From positions 462,936 through 526,935 of the forward strand of contig CP011212.1 in NCBI GenBank assembly GCA_001029715.1: a stretch of DNA of 64,000 bases, written 5' to 3'. The notes beneath the pieces were generated by a model. That model was not told where the DNA came from. It saw only the letters and a program-made list of their open reading frames with translations, and searched no databases. Source of the DNA: a candidate division TM6 bacterium GW2011_GWF2_28_16. Lineage in GTDB: Bacteria > Patescibacteriota > Microgenomatia > UBA1400 > PJMF01. How positions within the stretch are numbered: position 1 is the stretch's first letter; each line of letters opens with the position of its first letter. Shown here one piece after another: positions 10,736-20,725 of the stretch. The translations under genes and the position numbers were made by a program.

Positions 10736-11563
10736 ATGAAATCAAATATTACTGCTTTAGTGATTGCTAAGAACGAAGAAAAAATGCTTCAAGCTTGTCT
10801 TGAGACTCTTTCTTTTTGTCAAAAAATTATTGTTTTAGATGATGGCTCTACTGATCAGACAGCCAGCATCGCTGAAAACTACAATTGTCAGGTAATCAGT
10901 TTTGCTCACGATTCTTTCTCTAAGCTACGTGAAAAAGCTCGTGATCTTGTGGAAACGGACTGGCTTTTTTATGTAGATGCTGACGAAAGAGTCACTCCTG
11001 CTCTTGCTAAAGAGATTCTTTTACATATAGAGAAAAATGATTGCCAAGTGATGACCATACATCGTCAAAATGTTTGTTATGGTAAGAAATTTGCTTTTGG
11101 TGGCTGGCAAGATGATTTTGTGACTAGAGTTTTTAAGAAAGAAAATCTACTTTCTTGGCAAGGAGAAATCCATGAAAGCCCAATTTTTAAAGGTCTTAAT
11201 TTAACCTTGCAACATGAGCTAGTTCACTTAACTCATCGTAGTACGCAAGACAATCTTCGTAAAAGCGCTGAGTGGACGATTAAAGAAGCTACGGCTCTAG
11301 CAGATGCTTCAGTTAAAAAAGTGAATCTTGTCGTCATTCTGCGCAAAGGTATGATGGAATTTTATCGCCGAGCCATTAAGCATCAAGGCTATAAAGATGG
11401 CATGGCAGGGATTGTAGAAGCCTTAGTCCAAGGTATTAATCGCATGATTGTTTATATTCAAGTTTGGGAGTTACAACAAAAACCTTCCATTAAAAATAAT
11501 TACGAAAAAGAAGAGGAAGAAATTAAGAATCTTTGGCGCAAAGAAGGCAAGATTGAGTTATGA
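10736..11563 (+). CDS. GT2 glycosyltransferase (WaaE/KdtX-like)
   Basis: AKNEE, DDGSTD, VDADER, GEIHE; start moved to ATG 10736. Confidence 0.8.
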   Translation: MKSNITALVIAKNEEKMLQACLETLSFCQKIIVLDDGSTDQTASIAENYNCQVISFAHDSFSKLREKARDLVETDWLFYVDADERVTPALAKEILLHIEKNDCQVMTIHRQNVCYGKKFAFGGWQDDFVTRVFKKENLLSWQGEIHESPIFKGLNLTLQHELVHLTHRSTQDNLRKSAEWTIKEATALADASVKKVNLVVILRKGMMEFYRRAIKHQGYKDGMAGIVEALVQGINRMIVYIQVWELQQKPSIKNNYEKEEEEIKNLWRKEGKIEL

Positions 11564-12675
11564 AAATTGCTCTTTATTCCCCTTATTTACCTAAACATAC
11601 CGGCGGCGGCGAAAAATATCTTTTTGATTGCGCCAAAATTTTGCAAGAAGAAGGCTTGGATGTTTCGATTGCGATAAGTTCGGAAAAGGCTTTGTCTGAT
11701 TTAGAGATAGCAGAGACCAGAAAAAAATACGAGAATTTTCTTAATTATTCGCTAGAAGGCATAAATTTTATTGCCTCGCCACTTTTTACTGGAGCTAGTT
11801 TTTTAAAGAAACTTTTGTGGACGGCTAAATTTGATGTTTTGTATTATCAAACTGATGGTAGTTTATTTTTCTCTTTAGCCAAAAGAAATATTTTACATAT
11901 TCAGATTCCTCTTAAATTAGATAAGTCATCTTTCTTAGAAAAAATGAAATTGGCCAATTGGCAAATTAAAAACACCAATTCTGAATTCACTAAAAAATAC
12001 ATCGAAAGATTTTGGCAAACTAAAATTGATTTTATACATCAGCCATACGTTAATGCGGAAGAACTTAGTTCTCCAAATAATTGGCAAGATAAAAAAGAAA
12101 AGATTATTCTTTCTGTGGGTAGATTTTTTTGTCAATTGCACAGCAAACGCCAAGATATTTTAATTAACTTTTTTAAAGATTTAGTCGCTTTGGATCCGCA
12201 AGTTTTGAAAGATTGGAGATTGGTGCTAGTGGGTAAAAAAGAAGATCCGGCTTTTGCAGAAAAGGTAGCTGGTTTGGTTGGCGACTTGAAGGTAGAGATC
12301 ATCCACGACGCCAATCGTTTAGAATTAGTAAAACTTTATCAACAAGCTAGTATTTATTGGCATGCTTCAGGATTTGAAATAAATGAAGAAGCAGAACCAG
12401 AAAAAGTTGAACATTTTGGTATTTCTACTTTGGAAGCAATGGCTGCTAGAGCAGTTCCAATTGTGATCAATAAGGGCGGTCAAAAAGAAATTTTAGGTGA
12501 AAATTTATCCTTCTTTTTGTGGGATGATGAAGAAACTTGCCTTAGAAAAACTTTAGATTTGATTAAAGATCAAATAAAAAGAGAAAATTTTGCAGAGCTA
12601 GCTCATCAACGAAGCCTGCTTTTTTCAAAAGAGAAATTTAGAGATATTTTGTTAACCATGATAGGAAAAAAATGA
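11560..12675 (+). CDS. GT4 glycosyltransferase
   Basis: GGGEKY; EHFGISTLEAMA (EX7E motif). Confidence 0.85.
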   Translation: MKIALYSPYLPKHTGGGEKYLFDCAKILQEEGLDVSIAISSEKALSDLEIAETRKKYENFLNYSLEGINFIASPLFTGASFLKKLLWTAKFDVLYYQTDGSLFFSLAKRNILHIQIPLKLDKSSFLEKMKLANWQIKNTNSEFTKKYIERFWQTKIDFIHQPYVNAEELSSPNNWQDKKEKIILSVGRFFCQLHSKRQDILINFFKDLVALDPQVLKDWRLVLVGKKEDPAFAEKVAGLVGDLKVEIIHDANRLELVKLYQQASIYWHASGFEINEEAEPEKVEHFGISTLEAMAARAVPIVINKGGQKEILGENLSFFLWDDEETCLRKTLDLIKDQIKRENFAELAHQRSLLFSKEKFRDILLTMIGKK

Positions 12676-13529
12676 AAAATGTTTCAATCGTCATCCCAAG
12701 TTATAAGGGAGTCCATCTTTATGAAAAAAATTTGCAGTCAGTTTTAGATTGCATGAGAGACAAGGACGAATTAGTCGTAGTTGATGACGCCAGTGGCCCA
12801 GAAGATGATACCATCAGCTGGTTTGAGAAAAAATTCAATATTAAGCTTACTTCAGCAAGTCCTGTTGAGGGCACAGATCTTTTTTTAGGTGAATACAAAA
12901 CAGCGGATAAAACACTGCGCATTGTGTTGCTAGTTAATCAGAGCAATCAACGTTTTGGGGCTTCTTCCAATCGTGGTTTTGCTGCTTCCAAATATGATTT
13001 AGTTTTCTTAATTAACAATGATGTTGCTCCATATAAAGATTGTTTAAAATATTTAATTCCACATTTTGAGAATGAAAATGTTTTTGCAGTTGGATGCCTA
13101 GAACATGAAAAGCATGTCAATGAAATTGGGGGACGTAATAAATTATGGTTTGAAAGAGGCATGTTTTTGCATAGTCGCTATAAAGATTTATCCGCTGGAG
13201 AAACAGCTTGGGCGAGTGGCGGTAGTGCCATGTTCAGGAAGTCTATTTTTGAAAAGATTGGAGGTTTTGATAAACTTTATTACCCAGCTTATTGGGAAGA
13301 CATTGATCTTTCTTTTCAAGCTCGCAAGCTTGGTTATTCGGTTCTTTTTGAGCCAAGAGCTGAAGTTGACCACAATCACGAGACGACCAATAAATCAGTT
13401 TTTGGTGAGAAAAAAATGCGCGACATGAGTTGGAACAATGCCAAGAAGTTTACCTGGAAAAATGCTAATCTTTGGCAAAAAATCAGTTTCTTACTGTGGC
13501 AACCATATTGGTTTATTAAAATGCGTTAG
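12672..13529 (+). CDS. GT2 glycosyltransferase
   Basis: VVDDAS, LINND, GGFD..Y.PAYWEDID. Confidence 0.85.
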   Translation: MKNVSIVIPSYKGVHLYEKNLQSVLDCMRDKDELVVVDDASGPEDDTISWFEKKFNIKLTSASPVEGTDLFLGEYKTADKTLRIVLLVNQSNQRFGASSNRGFAASKYDLVFLINNDVAPYKDCLKYLIPHFENENVFAVGCLEHEKHVNEIGGRNKLWFERGMFLHSRYKDLSAGETAWASGGSAMFRKSIFEKIGGFDKLYYPAYWEDIDLSFQARKLGYSVLFEPRAEVDHNHETTNKSVFGEKKMRDMSWNNAKKFTWKNANLWQKISFLLWQPYWFIKMR

Positions 13530-13534
13530 TTAGA

Positions 13535-15046
13535 ATGTTAAAAAAAATTTGGCCTCTATTTCTAATTTTACTCTTAGCTTTTGTACTAAGATTTTACAAA
13601 TTGGCGGAAGTGCCCCATGGCATGGCTTGGGATGAGGTGGCCATTGCTTATAATGGCTTTGCAATTTTCAATACCAGAAGAGATGAATGGCTACAAAAAT
13701 TGCCAATTACTTTTCGTTCTTTTGGTGATTACAAAGCTCCTTTTGCCATCTACGAAAGTGGTATTTTTACGGCGCTTTTTGGTATGAATCTTTGGGCGGT
13801 CAGATTGCCTTTTGCCATTTATGGCGTTTTGGCGGTTTTAGCTACTTATTTGCTATTTAAAGAATTGTTCTATAAGCATGAAAATAGAGAAAAATGGGCG
13901 CTTTTAGCTGCCTTCATCTTAGCTACTTCTCCTTGGCATATTCATTATTCTCGCATGGCTTTTGAATCTGGAATTTCCCTGAGCATGATGGTCTGGGCGC
14001 TATATTTCTTCTATCGTTACTTACGTTTAGAAAAAAATAGCAACTTATTTTTAAGTGTTATTTTGGCGGTGGCAACAATCTATGCCTATCACAGCAGTAA
14101 AGTCACCGTACCACTTTTGTTTCTATTTTTACTTTTAACTAATTTGTCTTTTTTCAAAAAGAAAATTAAGGATCTAATTATTGCTGCAATCATGACCCTA
14201 GCACTTTTGGCTCCATTTCTGTGGGATGCCTTTATGGCGAACGGTCTGGCTCGAGCATCTTCAACTATTTTTTCTCAGGGCTACGATTTTTTTGAATTAA
14301 TTAAAAATATACTGAGTAATTTCTTGAGTTATTTTTCACTAGATTATTTAATTTTTGGTAAGAACATGGGCAATTTTAGACATGGCGATGGTAAATTTGG
14401 AATCATAGAACCAGTTTCTCTAGCATTAATCATTACTTATTTATTTTCCAAAAAACAAGAAAAAAATCTTTTTTCATTATCGCTTATAATGATTTTCCTT
14501 GGTTTATTGCCTGCAGTTATTTCTCAAGGACAAAGTAGTAGCTTGCGTAGTTTTTTGGCTTTACCAGGAGTAATTCTTTTGGTGATTCTGGCCATTGAAC
14601 AAATTTTTAATAAATTAAAAAATAAAAAAAAACTCTTTTTAATCATTTTAGTAAGCCTCTATTTATTTATTTTAGGAGCTTATCAAAAAAATTATTATCA
14701 AAATTATAAACAGAGAAATAATGACGATTTTATGGACGGTTATTTAGAGACCATGACTTATCTGCGTAATTTAGATCGTTCCAATATTAAGCAAATTGTT
14801 TTTACTAATGATTACCAGCAGGCTTACATTTATACTCTTTTTGCTTTTGAAGTGAACCCTATTGCTTATCAGGGCGGAATTCTTAATTTATTCTTTTTTA
14901 CAGATAAGGTTGACGCTAGCGATTTGGCTAAAGAAAACACTATTGTTGTAGCTAGTAAGTTCGACAATATGGGTGATCGCCAAGCAGACAAGGTTATTAA
15001 GGGTAGCGATGGTCAGGGCAGATTTTTTATCTACTTACCGCTATAA
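13535..15046 (+). CDS. GT-C (PMT_2/ArnT-like) glycosyltransferase
   Basis: WDE motif, FGDYK, AVRLP, SPWHIHYSR.AFE; paralog of 1109..2782. Confidence 0.85.
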   Translation: MLKKIWPLFLILLLAFVLRFYKLAEVPHGMAWDEVAIAYNGFAIFNTRRDEWLQKLPITFRSFGDYKAPFAIYESGIFTALFGMNLWAVRLPFAIYGVLAVLATYLLFKELFYKHENREKWALLAAFILATSPWHIHYSRMAFESGISLSMMVWALYFFYRYLRLEKNSNLFLSVILAVATIYAYHSSKVTVPLLFLFLLLTNLSFFKKKIKDLIIAAIMTLALLAPFLWDAFMANGLARASSTIFSQGYDFFELIKNILSNFLSYFSLDYLIFGKNMGNFRHGDGKFGIIEPVSLALIITYLFSKKQEKNLFSLSLIMIFLGLLPAVISQGQSSSLRSFLALPGVILLVILAIEQIFNKLKNKKKLFLIILVSLYLFILGAYQKNYYQNYKQRNNDDFMDGYLETMTYLRNLDRSNIKQIVFTNDYQQAYIYTLFAFEVNPIAYQGGILNLFFFTDKVDASDLAKENTIVVASKFDNMGDRQADKVIKGSDGQGRFFIYLPL

Positions 15047-15054
15047 TAGATCTC

Positions 15055-16785
15055 ATGGACAAAGAATTAGCACTTAAAGAAATTTTAGAGAAAACTCTTA
15101 GTGATCTTGGTTTAAACGTTTCCATTAAATTAGAAAAGCCAGCTGATGAGAAATTTGGTGATTTATCAAGTAATTTAGCGATGTCAGCCTATGAACAAGT
15201 CAAAGAAGAATTTAATTCTCCAAGAGATTTTGCCCTTAGTTTAGTTCAAAAAATTAAAGCAAACGATCTAGCAAAAATTATTGAAGAGATCAGTGTTGCT
15301 GGCCCAGGCTTTATTAATTTTAAATTAAATGACAGTTATCTTTTAGAAAATCTCAAGCAAATCATTCAAAATAAAAATCTTGAACTAAAGAATTTTGGTC
15401 AAGGCAAAAAAGCCATTGTCGAATATTCTTCACCAAACATTGCCAAACCTTTCACCATTGGTCATTTACGCTCTACCATTATTGGTGACAGCGTAGCCAA
15501 TTTATTAGAGGCCAGCGGTCATGAAGTTTTTAGAGATAATCATTTGGGAGATTGGGGTACTCAATTCGGTAAACAAATTGTAGCTATTAAAAAATGGGGC
15601 AATGAAGAAGAAATTAGTCAGTCAGCTAATCCAGTCGAAAAATTAGTAGCTCTTTACGTCAAGTTTCATGAGGAGGCAGAAAAAAATCCGGAATTAGAAG
15701 ATGAAGCCAGAGCTTGGTTTAAAAAACTTGAAAATGGCGATGAAGAAGCTCGTGCTCTTTGGCAGAAATGCATTGACTGGTCATTTATAGAATTCGCTAA
15801 AATTTATCAGGCTCTAGGAGTAAGTTTCACTGAAAATAATGGCCGTGGCTATGGAGAATCTTTTTTTGAAGAAATGCTTCAGCCACTAATTGAAGAACTC
15901 AAAAAACAAGGTATCGCTAAAACAGGTGAAGAAGGCGCAGTGCTAATTTTTTATCCAAATGATGAATTATCTCCTCTCATGATTGCTAAAAAAGACGGTA
16001 GCACTCTTTACGCCACTAGAGATTTGGCGACTGATAAATGGCGCAGGGAAAATCCTCTTTATCAGAATGCAGACGGCAGTGCTCCTTTAGTTATCAATGA
16101 AGTTGGCGGTGAACAAACATTCTATTTCCAACAAATTTATAGAGCCGAAGAACTTTTGGGCTGGTATGAAAAGGGCCAAAGAGTTCATGTCAAACACGGA
16201 CTTTATCGTTTCAAAGAGGGAAAAATGTCAACTCGTAAGGGTAACGTTATTTGGCTCGAAGAAGTTCTCAATAAAGCTAAAGAAAAAGCCATGGCCTTCA
16301 CCAAAGATGAAGCCATTGCAGAAACCGTTAGCATCGCCGCTCTAAAATGGAATGACCTAAAAAGAAAATCAGAAATTAATATTAATTTTGATTGGGAAGA
16401 AATTATTAATCTCCAAGGTAATTCTGGACCTTATATGCTCTATGCCTATGCGAGAGCCAAAAGCATTTTGCGTAAAGCTAGTGAAAATGAAACAAAGCAA
16501 AACGAATCCTCTAATTTTGAAATTAGTCCTTTAGAAAAATCATTGCTTAGTTCTTTGGATGAATTTTCCAAAGTAGTCGCTCGTAGTGCTAGTGAATTTT
16601 CGCCTCATTACTTATGTACCTATTTGTTCGACTTAGCACAGCTTTTTAATAGTTTTTACAATAAATACCCCATCTTGAACAGCTCACTAGAGCGTCAATT
16701 CCGTCTTCAATTAGTTGAGGCGGTATCAATTACCCTGAGTAAAGGTCTTGCTTTGCTTGGGATTAAAACTTTAGAAAAAATGTAA
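15055..16785 (+). CDS. argS: Arginine--tRNA ligase
   Basis: EYSSPNIAKPFTIGHLRST (HIGH variant TIGH), GDWGTQFG, KMSTRKG, DALR-type C-terminus ending LEKM. Confidence 0.97.
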   Translation: MDKELALKEILEKTLSDLGLNVSIKLEKPADEKFGDLSSNLAMSAYEQVKEEFNSPRDFALSLVQKIKANDLAKIIEEISVAGPGFINFKLNDSYLLENLKQIIQNKNLELKNFGQGKKAIVEYSSPNIAKPFTIGHLRSTIIGDSVANLLEASGHEVFRDNHLGDWGTQFGKQIVAIKKWGNEEEISQSANPVEKLVALYVKFHEEAEKNPELEDEARAWFKKLENGDEEARALWQKCIDWSFIEFAKIYQALGVSFTENNGRGYGESFFEEMLQPLIEELKKQGIAKTGEEGAVLIFYPNDELSPLMIAKKDGSTLYATRDLATDKWRRENPLYQNADGSAPLVINEVGGEQTFYFQQIYRAEELLGWYEKGQRVHVKHGLYRFKEGKMSTRKGNVIWLEEVLNKAKEKAMAFTKDEAIAETVSIAALKWNDLKRKSEININFDWEEIINLQGNSGPYMLYAYARAKSILRKASENETKQNESSNFEISPLEKSLLSSLDEFSKVVARSASEFSPHYLCTYLFDLAQLFNSFYNKYPILNSSLERQFRLQLVEAVSITLSKGLALLGIKTLEKM

Positions 16786-16807
16786 GCGATTAGGATATAA
16801 TAAAAAT

Positions 16808-17584
16808 ATGCTCTCAGTGGTTTTGGCTACTCACAATGAAGAAAAGAATCTCGCTAAATGTTTAGAATCAGTTAAGGGTTTGGCCGACGAAATTATTGTC
16901 GTTGATGGAGATTCAACTGATCAAACTAGAAAAATTGCCGAAAGCTTTGGGGCTAAGGTTTTCCAAACCACTAATAAACAAAATTTTCACATTAATAAAC
17001 AAATGGCAATGGATAAGGCTAAAGAAAAATTGGTTTTACAGTTAGACGCTGATGAATTAGTTGACGAGGAACTCAGAGAGTTTATTAAAAAATTAGAAAA
17101 CTCCATTCAAAATAAAGAAAAGATTGAAGCAGTGGCTTGGTGGATTAGACGCAAGAATTTTTTCTGTGGGCGCTTTTTGAGTAAAGGTGGTCAATATCCA
17201 GATCCAGTCATTCGTCTTTACGTTAATGGTAAAGCTCATTTGCCTGCCAAAGATGTTCACGAGCAAATGGAGGCTGATGGCGAAACTGCTTACGCTGAAG
17301 GACACTTACTTCATTACAGTAATCCCACTTTTGCTGATTATCTACATAAATTTGAGACCTACACTTCTTTTAAAGCTAAACAGTTAAAAGAAGCAAATAC
17401 TAAGGTAAATCCAATTACTTTTTTGAATTTTGTTTTGCTTAAACCGATTATTACTTTTTTCATGATTTACCTTCGCCATAAAGGTTTTGTCGATGGTTGG
17501 CAAGGATTCGTTTTTGCTTTTTACAGCGGTCTTCATCACGCAGTAGCTTATTTAAAATTTTTAAAGATCAAATATGCCAATTAA
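16808..17584 (+). CDS. GT2 glycosyltransferase (WaaE/KdtX-like)
   Basis: THNEE, DGDSTD, LDADE, YPD...RL, VHE. Confidence 0.85.
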   Translation: MLSVVLATHNEEKNLAKCLESVKGLADEIIVVDGDSTDQTRKIAESFGAKVFQTTNKQNFHINKQMAMDKAKEKLVLQLDADELVDEELREFIKKLENSIQNKEKIEAVAWWIRRKNFFCGRFLSKGGQYPDPVIRLYVNGKAHLPAKDVHEQMEADGETAYAEGHLLHYSNPTFADYLHKFETYTSFKAKQLKEANTKVNPITFLNFVLLKPIITFFMIYLRHKGFVDGWQGFVFAFYSGLHHAVAYLKFLKIKYAN

Positions 17585-18626
17585 AGTTTTAATAGACGAT
17601 TCACCAATGACAGATGGCAATGCCATCAGAGGAGTAGGGGCTTACACTAGATTTTTAGCTCAGTTTTTGAAGAAAGATAAAAATATTGATCTTGCTCTAG
17701 CAAGAGAAAAAAGAACTGATTTTAAGGCAGAAATTATTCATTATCCTTTTTTTGACCTCTTCTTTTCTACTCTACCCTTGATCAAAAGAACTAGAACTAT
17801 AGTGACTATTCATGACGTCATTCCTTTACTTTATCCAAAACATTATTTAGTTGGTAAAAAGGGAATTTTAGCTCTTATCAGACAGAAATTAGCTTTGCGC
17901 AATGTTGACGCAGTTATTACAGATTCAGAAAATTCTAAAACAGATATTGCCAAATACCTCAGATTTCCTTTGGAAAAAATTCAGGTTATCTATTTGGCTC
18001 CTAATCCAGAGTTAGAACTTGCCAGTCAACAAGAAATTGCTAGTGTGATTAGAAAATATAAACTCCCCAAAAAATATATACTTTATGTTGGCGATATTAA
18101 TTACAATAAAAATATTCCGCAATTAATTAAGACCATTAAGTTTTTGCCCAAAGATATTAAATTGGTTTGTGTCGGTAAAAATTTCCGCCCACAAAATATT
18201 CCTGAATGGCAAGCCATTGAAACACAACTAGCTTTGAGCAATGTTGTGGAGAGAGTTAAATTTCTAACAGATATTAGTGGCGAAGGAAGTGCTGATTTAG
18301 CCGCTATTTATAGTGGCGCTCTAGCTTATGTTCAGCCTTCTTTTTATGAAGGTTTTGGCTTGCCAGTTTTAGAAGCCATGACTTGCCAAACTCCAGTTAT
18401 CTGTGCCAATAACTCTTCCTTACCAGAGGTTGCTCTTAATAAGGCCATTATGGTTGAAGAGGCAAAAGCTGAGAACTTTGCTCTTGCTGTGGAAGAAATT
18501 TTGGCTTGGAATAAAACTGAAAGAGAAAATTTTATTAAATTAGCAGCTGCCCATGCTAAGAAATTTACCTGGCTCAAGACTGCCAAAGCTACTGCCGCTG
18601 TTTACAAAGAAGTTTTGAAAAAATGA
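17574..18626 (+). CDS. GT4 glycosyltransferase (mannosyltransferase-like)
   Basis: TIHDVIP, PSFYEGFGLPVLEAM, SSLPEV. Confidence 0.9.
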   Translation: MPIKVLIDDSPMTDGNAIRGVGAYTRFLAQFLKKDKNIDLALAREKRTDFKAEIIHYPFFDLFFSTLPLIKRTRTIVTIHDVIPLLYPKHYLVGKKGILALIRQKLALRNVDAVITDSENSKTDIAKYLRFPLEKIQVIYLAPNPELELASQQEIASVIRKYKLPKKYILYVGDINYNKNIPQLIKTIKFLPKDIKLVCVGKNFRPQNIPEWQAIETQLALSNVVERVKFLTDISGEGSADLAAIYSGALAYVQPSFYEGFGLPVLEAMTCQTPVICANNSSLPEVALNKAIMVEEAKAENFALAVEEILAWNKTERENFIKLAAAHAKKFTWLKTAKATAAVYKEVLKK

Positions 18627-19777
18627 AGACCAAAGAAGTTCTAAGAATTCTTAATCTATTTATTTTTTGGGTACTTTTTTTAAGTCTAATTATTATTTTG
18701 GCTGATAAAGTTCTGCCTTACAAACCAAGCTTTCCTTATTTCAAAGAATTGCCAAAATATGGTTTGCCAAAATATTTAAGTAGTCTTGCGAACTTTGACG
18801 GAGTGCATTATCTAACCATTGCTAGGAAAGGCTATATCGGAACTGATTTTATTCAAGCTTTTTTTCCTCTTTATCCGCTTTCAATGAGATTAGCAAATAA
18901 CATTATTCAAAACTATTTACTTAGTGGTGTAGTGCTTAGTCATTTATTTGCTTTGTTTAGTTTTTACAGTTTTTATTATTTAGTTAAGATGGATCATGAT
19001 AAAAAGACTGCTTGGTTAGCACTAATCATTTTTGCGACTTTTATTAGCAGTTTCTATTTAAGAAGTCTCTACAATGAGTCGCTCTTTTTAACACTCATTT
19101 TTTCTAGTTTTATTGCTACTCGTAAGAAAAAATATTTATTGGCTGGAGTTTTAGGTGGTTTAGCCAGTGCGACTAGAATTGTGGGGATTTTTATTTTTCC
19201 AAGTTTATTACTTTTGATTTTTCTCCATGATCGAAAAAAATGGCATGCTTACTTTGCAGTAGCTATCCCAAGCATACTAGGGCTTTTGATTTATATGATT
19301 TACCTTAAGTGGCAGTTTGGCGATTATCTTTACTTCTTTCATGTTCAAGAAAAATTTGGGGCTAGCCGTCAAACTCAATTAGTTCTTTACCCTCAAGTAA
19401 TTTATCGTTATTTCAAAATCTTTATGACCGTAAGACCGATTGATCTGAAATATTATGCCTATGTACAAGAGTTTTTAGTTTCTTTATTTGCTTTGGGAGT
19501 CCTAGTTGCGGCCAGTTTGAAAAATTTTTTCAAAAAAAATAAAAACAAAATAGACTGGTCTTATCTGTTATTTGCTTTTTTAGCCTATTTTTTACCACCT
19601 TTGACTGGTAATTTTTCTAGCATGCCACGCTATGTTTTAGCCTGTTTTCCTTTATTCATTTATTTAGCCGTCTTTCTAGAGAAAAGAAAGCAACTTAAAT
19701 TTATCTACCTGACAATTAGCCTGATTTTCCTTATAATCAACTTAATTCTCTTCACAGAGGGATATTGGGTAGCTTGA
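18623..19777 (+). CDS. PIG-V/GT76-like GT-C mannosyltransferase
   Basis: FDGVHYLTIA..GY, AFFPLYP, YNESLFL, TRIVG, SMPRY. Confidence 0.8.
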   Translation: MKTKEVLRILNLFIFWVLFLSLIIILADKVLPYKPSFPYFKELPKYGLPKYLSSLANFDGVHYLTIARKGYIGTDFIQAFFPLYPLSMRLANNIIQNYLLSGVVLSHLFALFSFYSFYYLVKMDHDKKTAWLALIIFATFISSFYLRSLYNESLFLTLIFSSFIATRKKKYLLAGVLGGLASATRIVGIFIFPSLLLLIFLHDRKKWHAYFAVAIPSILGLLIYMIYLKWQFGDYLYFFHVQEKFGASRQTQLVLYPQVIYRYFKIFMTVRPIDLKYYAYVQEFLVSLFALGVLVAASLKNFFKKNKNKIDWSYLLFAFLAYFLPPLTGNFSSMPRYVLACFPLFIYLAVFLEKRKQLKFIYLTISLIFLIINLILFTEGYWVA

Positions 19778-19806
19778 AAATAGATTAAAAATAGAAAGGT
19801 TCGCTC

Positions 19807-20724
19807 ATGAAAATTTTAATTACTGGAGGTGCAGGCTTTATTGCTTCTCACGTCGCTGATGCTTATCTTGAGATTGGTCATGAAGTGGTCATTGTTGATA
19901 ACCTTTCTACCGGTGAAAAGAAAAATCTCAATCCTAAGGCCAAATTCATCAAAGCTGATATTACTGATAAGAAAAAAATTCAAGAAATTATTAGAAAAGA
20001 ACGCCCAGATGTGATCAATCATCACGCCGCTCACATTCAGGTTGGTTATAGTGTCAAGAACCCTCAATTTGATGCTGAAAACAACATTATCGGTTTATTA
20101 AACATCATGGAAGCTGCCAAAGAGATTCCAATCAAAAAAGTGATCATGGCTGCCACTGGCGGAGCGATGTATGGCAATAAAGTCACTCCATTTAATGAAG
20201 AAATGAAAGCTGAGCCACTTTCTCCTTATGGTATTTCCAAAAGAGCTGGCGAGCTTTATCTAAATTATTATCATGAGCTCTATCAAATTCCTTTTATTTC
20301 CTTGCGTTACTCCAATGTCTATGGCCCACGCCAGAATGCTCATGGCGAATCAGGAGTGATTGCTATTTTTGCTGAAATGATGGCTGAAGGTAAAGCTCCA
20401 GTGATAAATGGCGACGGCACTCACACTCGCGATTACGTCTACGTAGAAGATGTGGCTAGAGCTAATGTATTGGCTCTAAACAGTGACTTTGTCGGCGAAT
20501 TAAATATTGGCACAGAAACGGAAATTTCTACCAACGAAGTCTTTAGAAAAGTTGCCACTGAAATGGGTGCTGAAATTGAAGAAAAACACTCTGCAGAAAG
20601 ACCAGGCGAACAAGTGACTAGTTCTCTGAATTATTCCAAGGCCAAGGAAGTTCTTGGCTGGGAACCAAGAGTCAATTTTGATGAAGGCGTGAGGAGAGTT
20701 GTAGCTTGGTATAAGAATAGATAA
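19807..20724 (+). CDS. NAD-dependent epimerase (UDP-glucose 4-epimerase-like)
   Basis: TGGAGFIA, SPYGISK (YxxxK), NVYGPRQ, TRDYVYV. Confidence 0.9.
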   Translation: MKILITGGAGFIASHVADAYLEIGHEVVIVDNLSTGEKKNLNPKAKFIKADITDKKKIQEIIRKERPDVINHHAAHIQVGYSVKNPQFDAENNIIGLLNIMEAAKEIPIKKVIMAATGGAMYGNKVTPFNEEMKAEPLSPYGISKRAGELYLNYYHELYQIPFISLRYSNVYGPRQNAHGESGVIAIFAEMMAEGKAPVINGDGTHTRDYVYVEDVARANVLALNSDFVGELNIGTETEISTNEVFRKVATEMGAEIEEKHSAERPGEQVTSSLNYSKAKEVLGWEPRVNFDEGVRRVVAWYKNR

Positions 20725-20725
20725 A

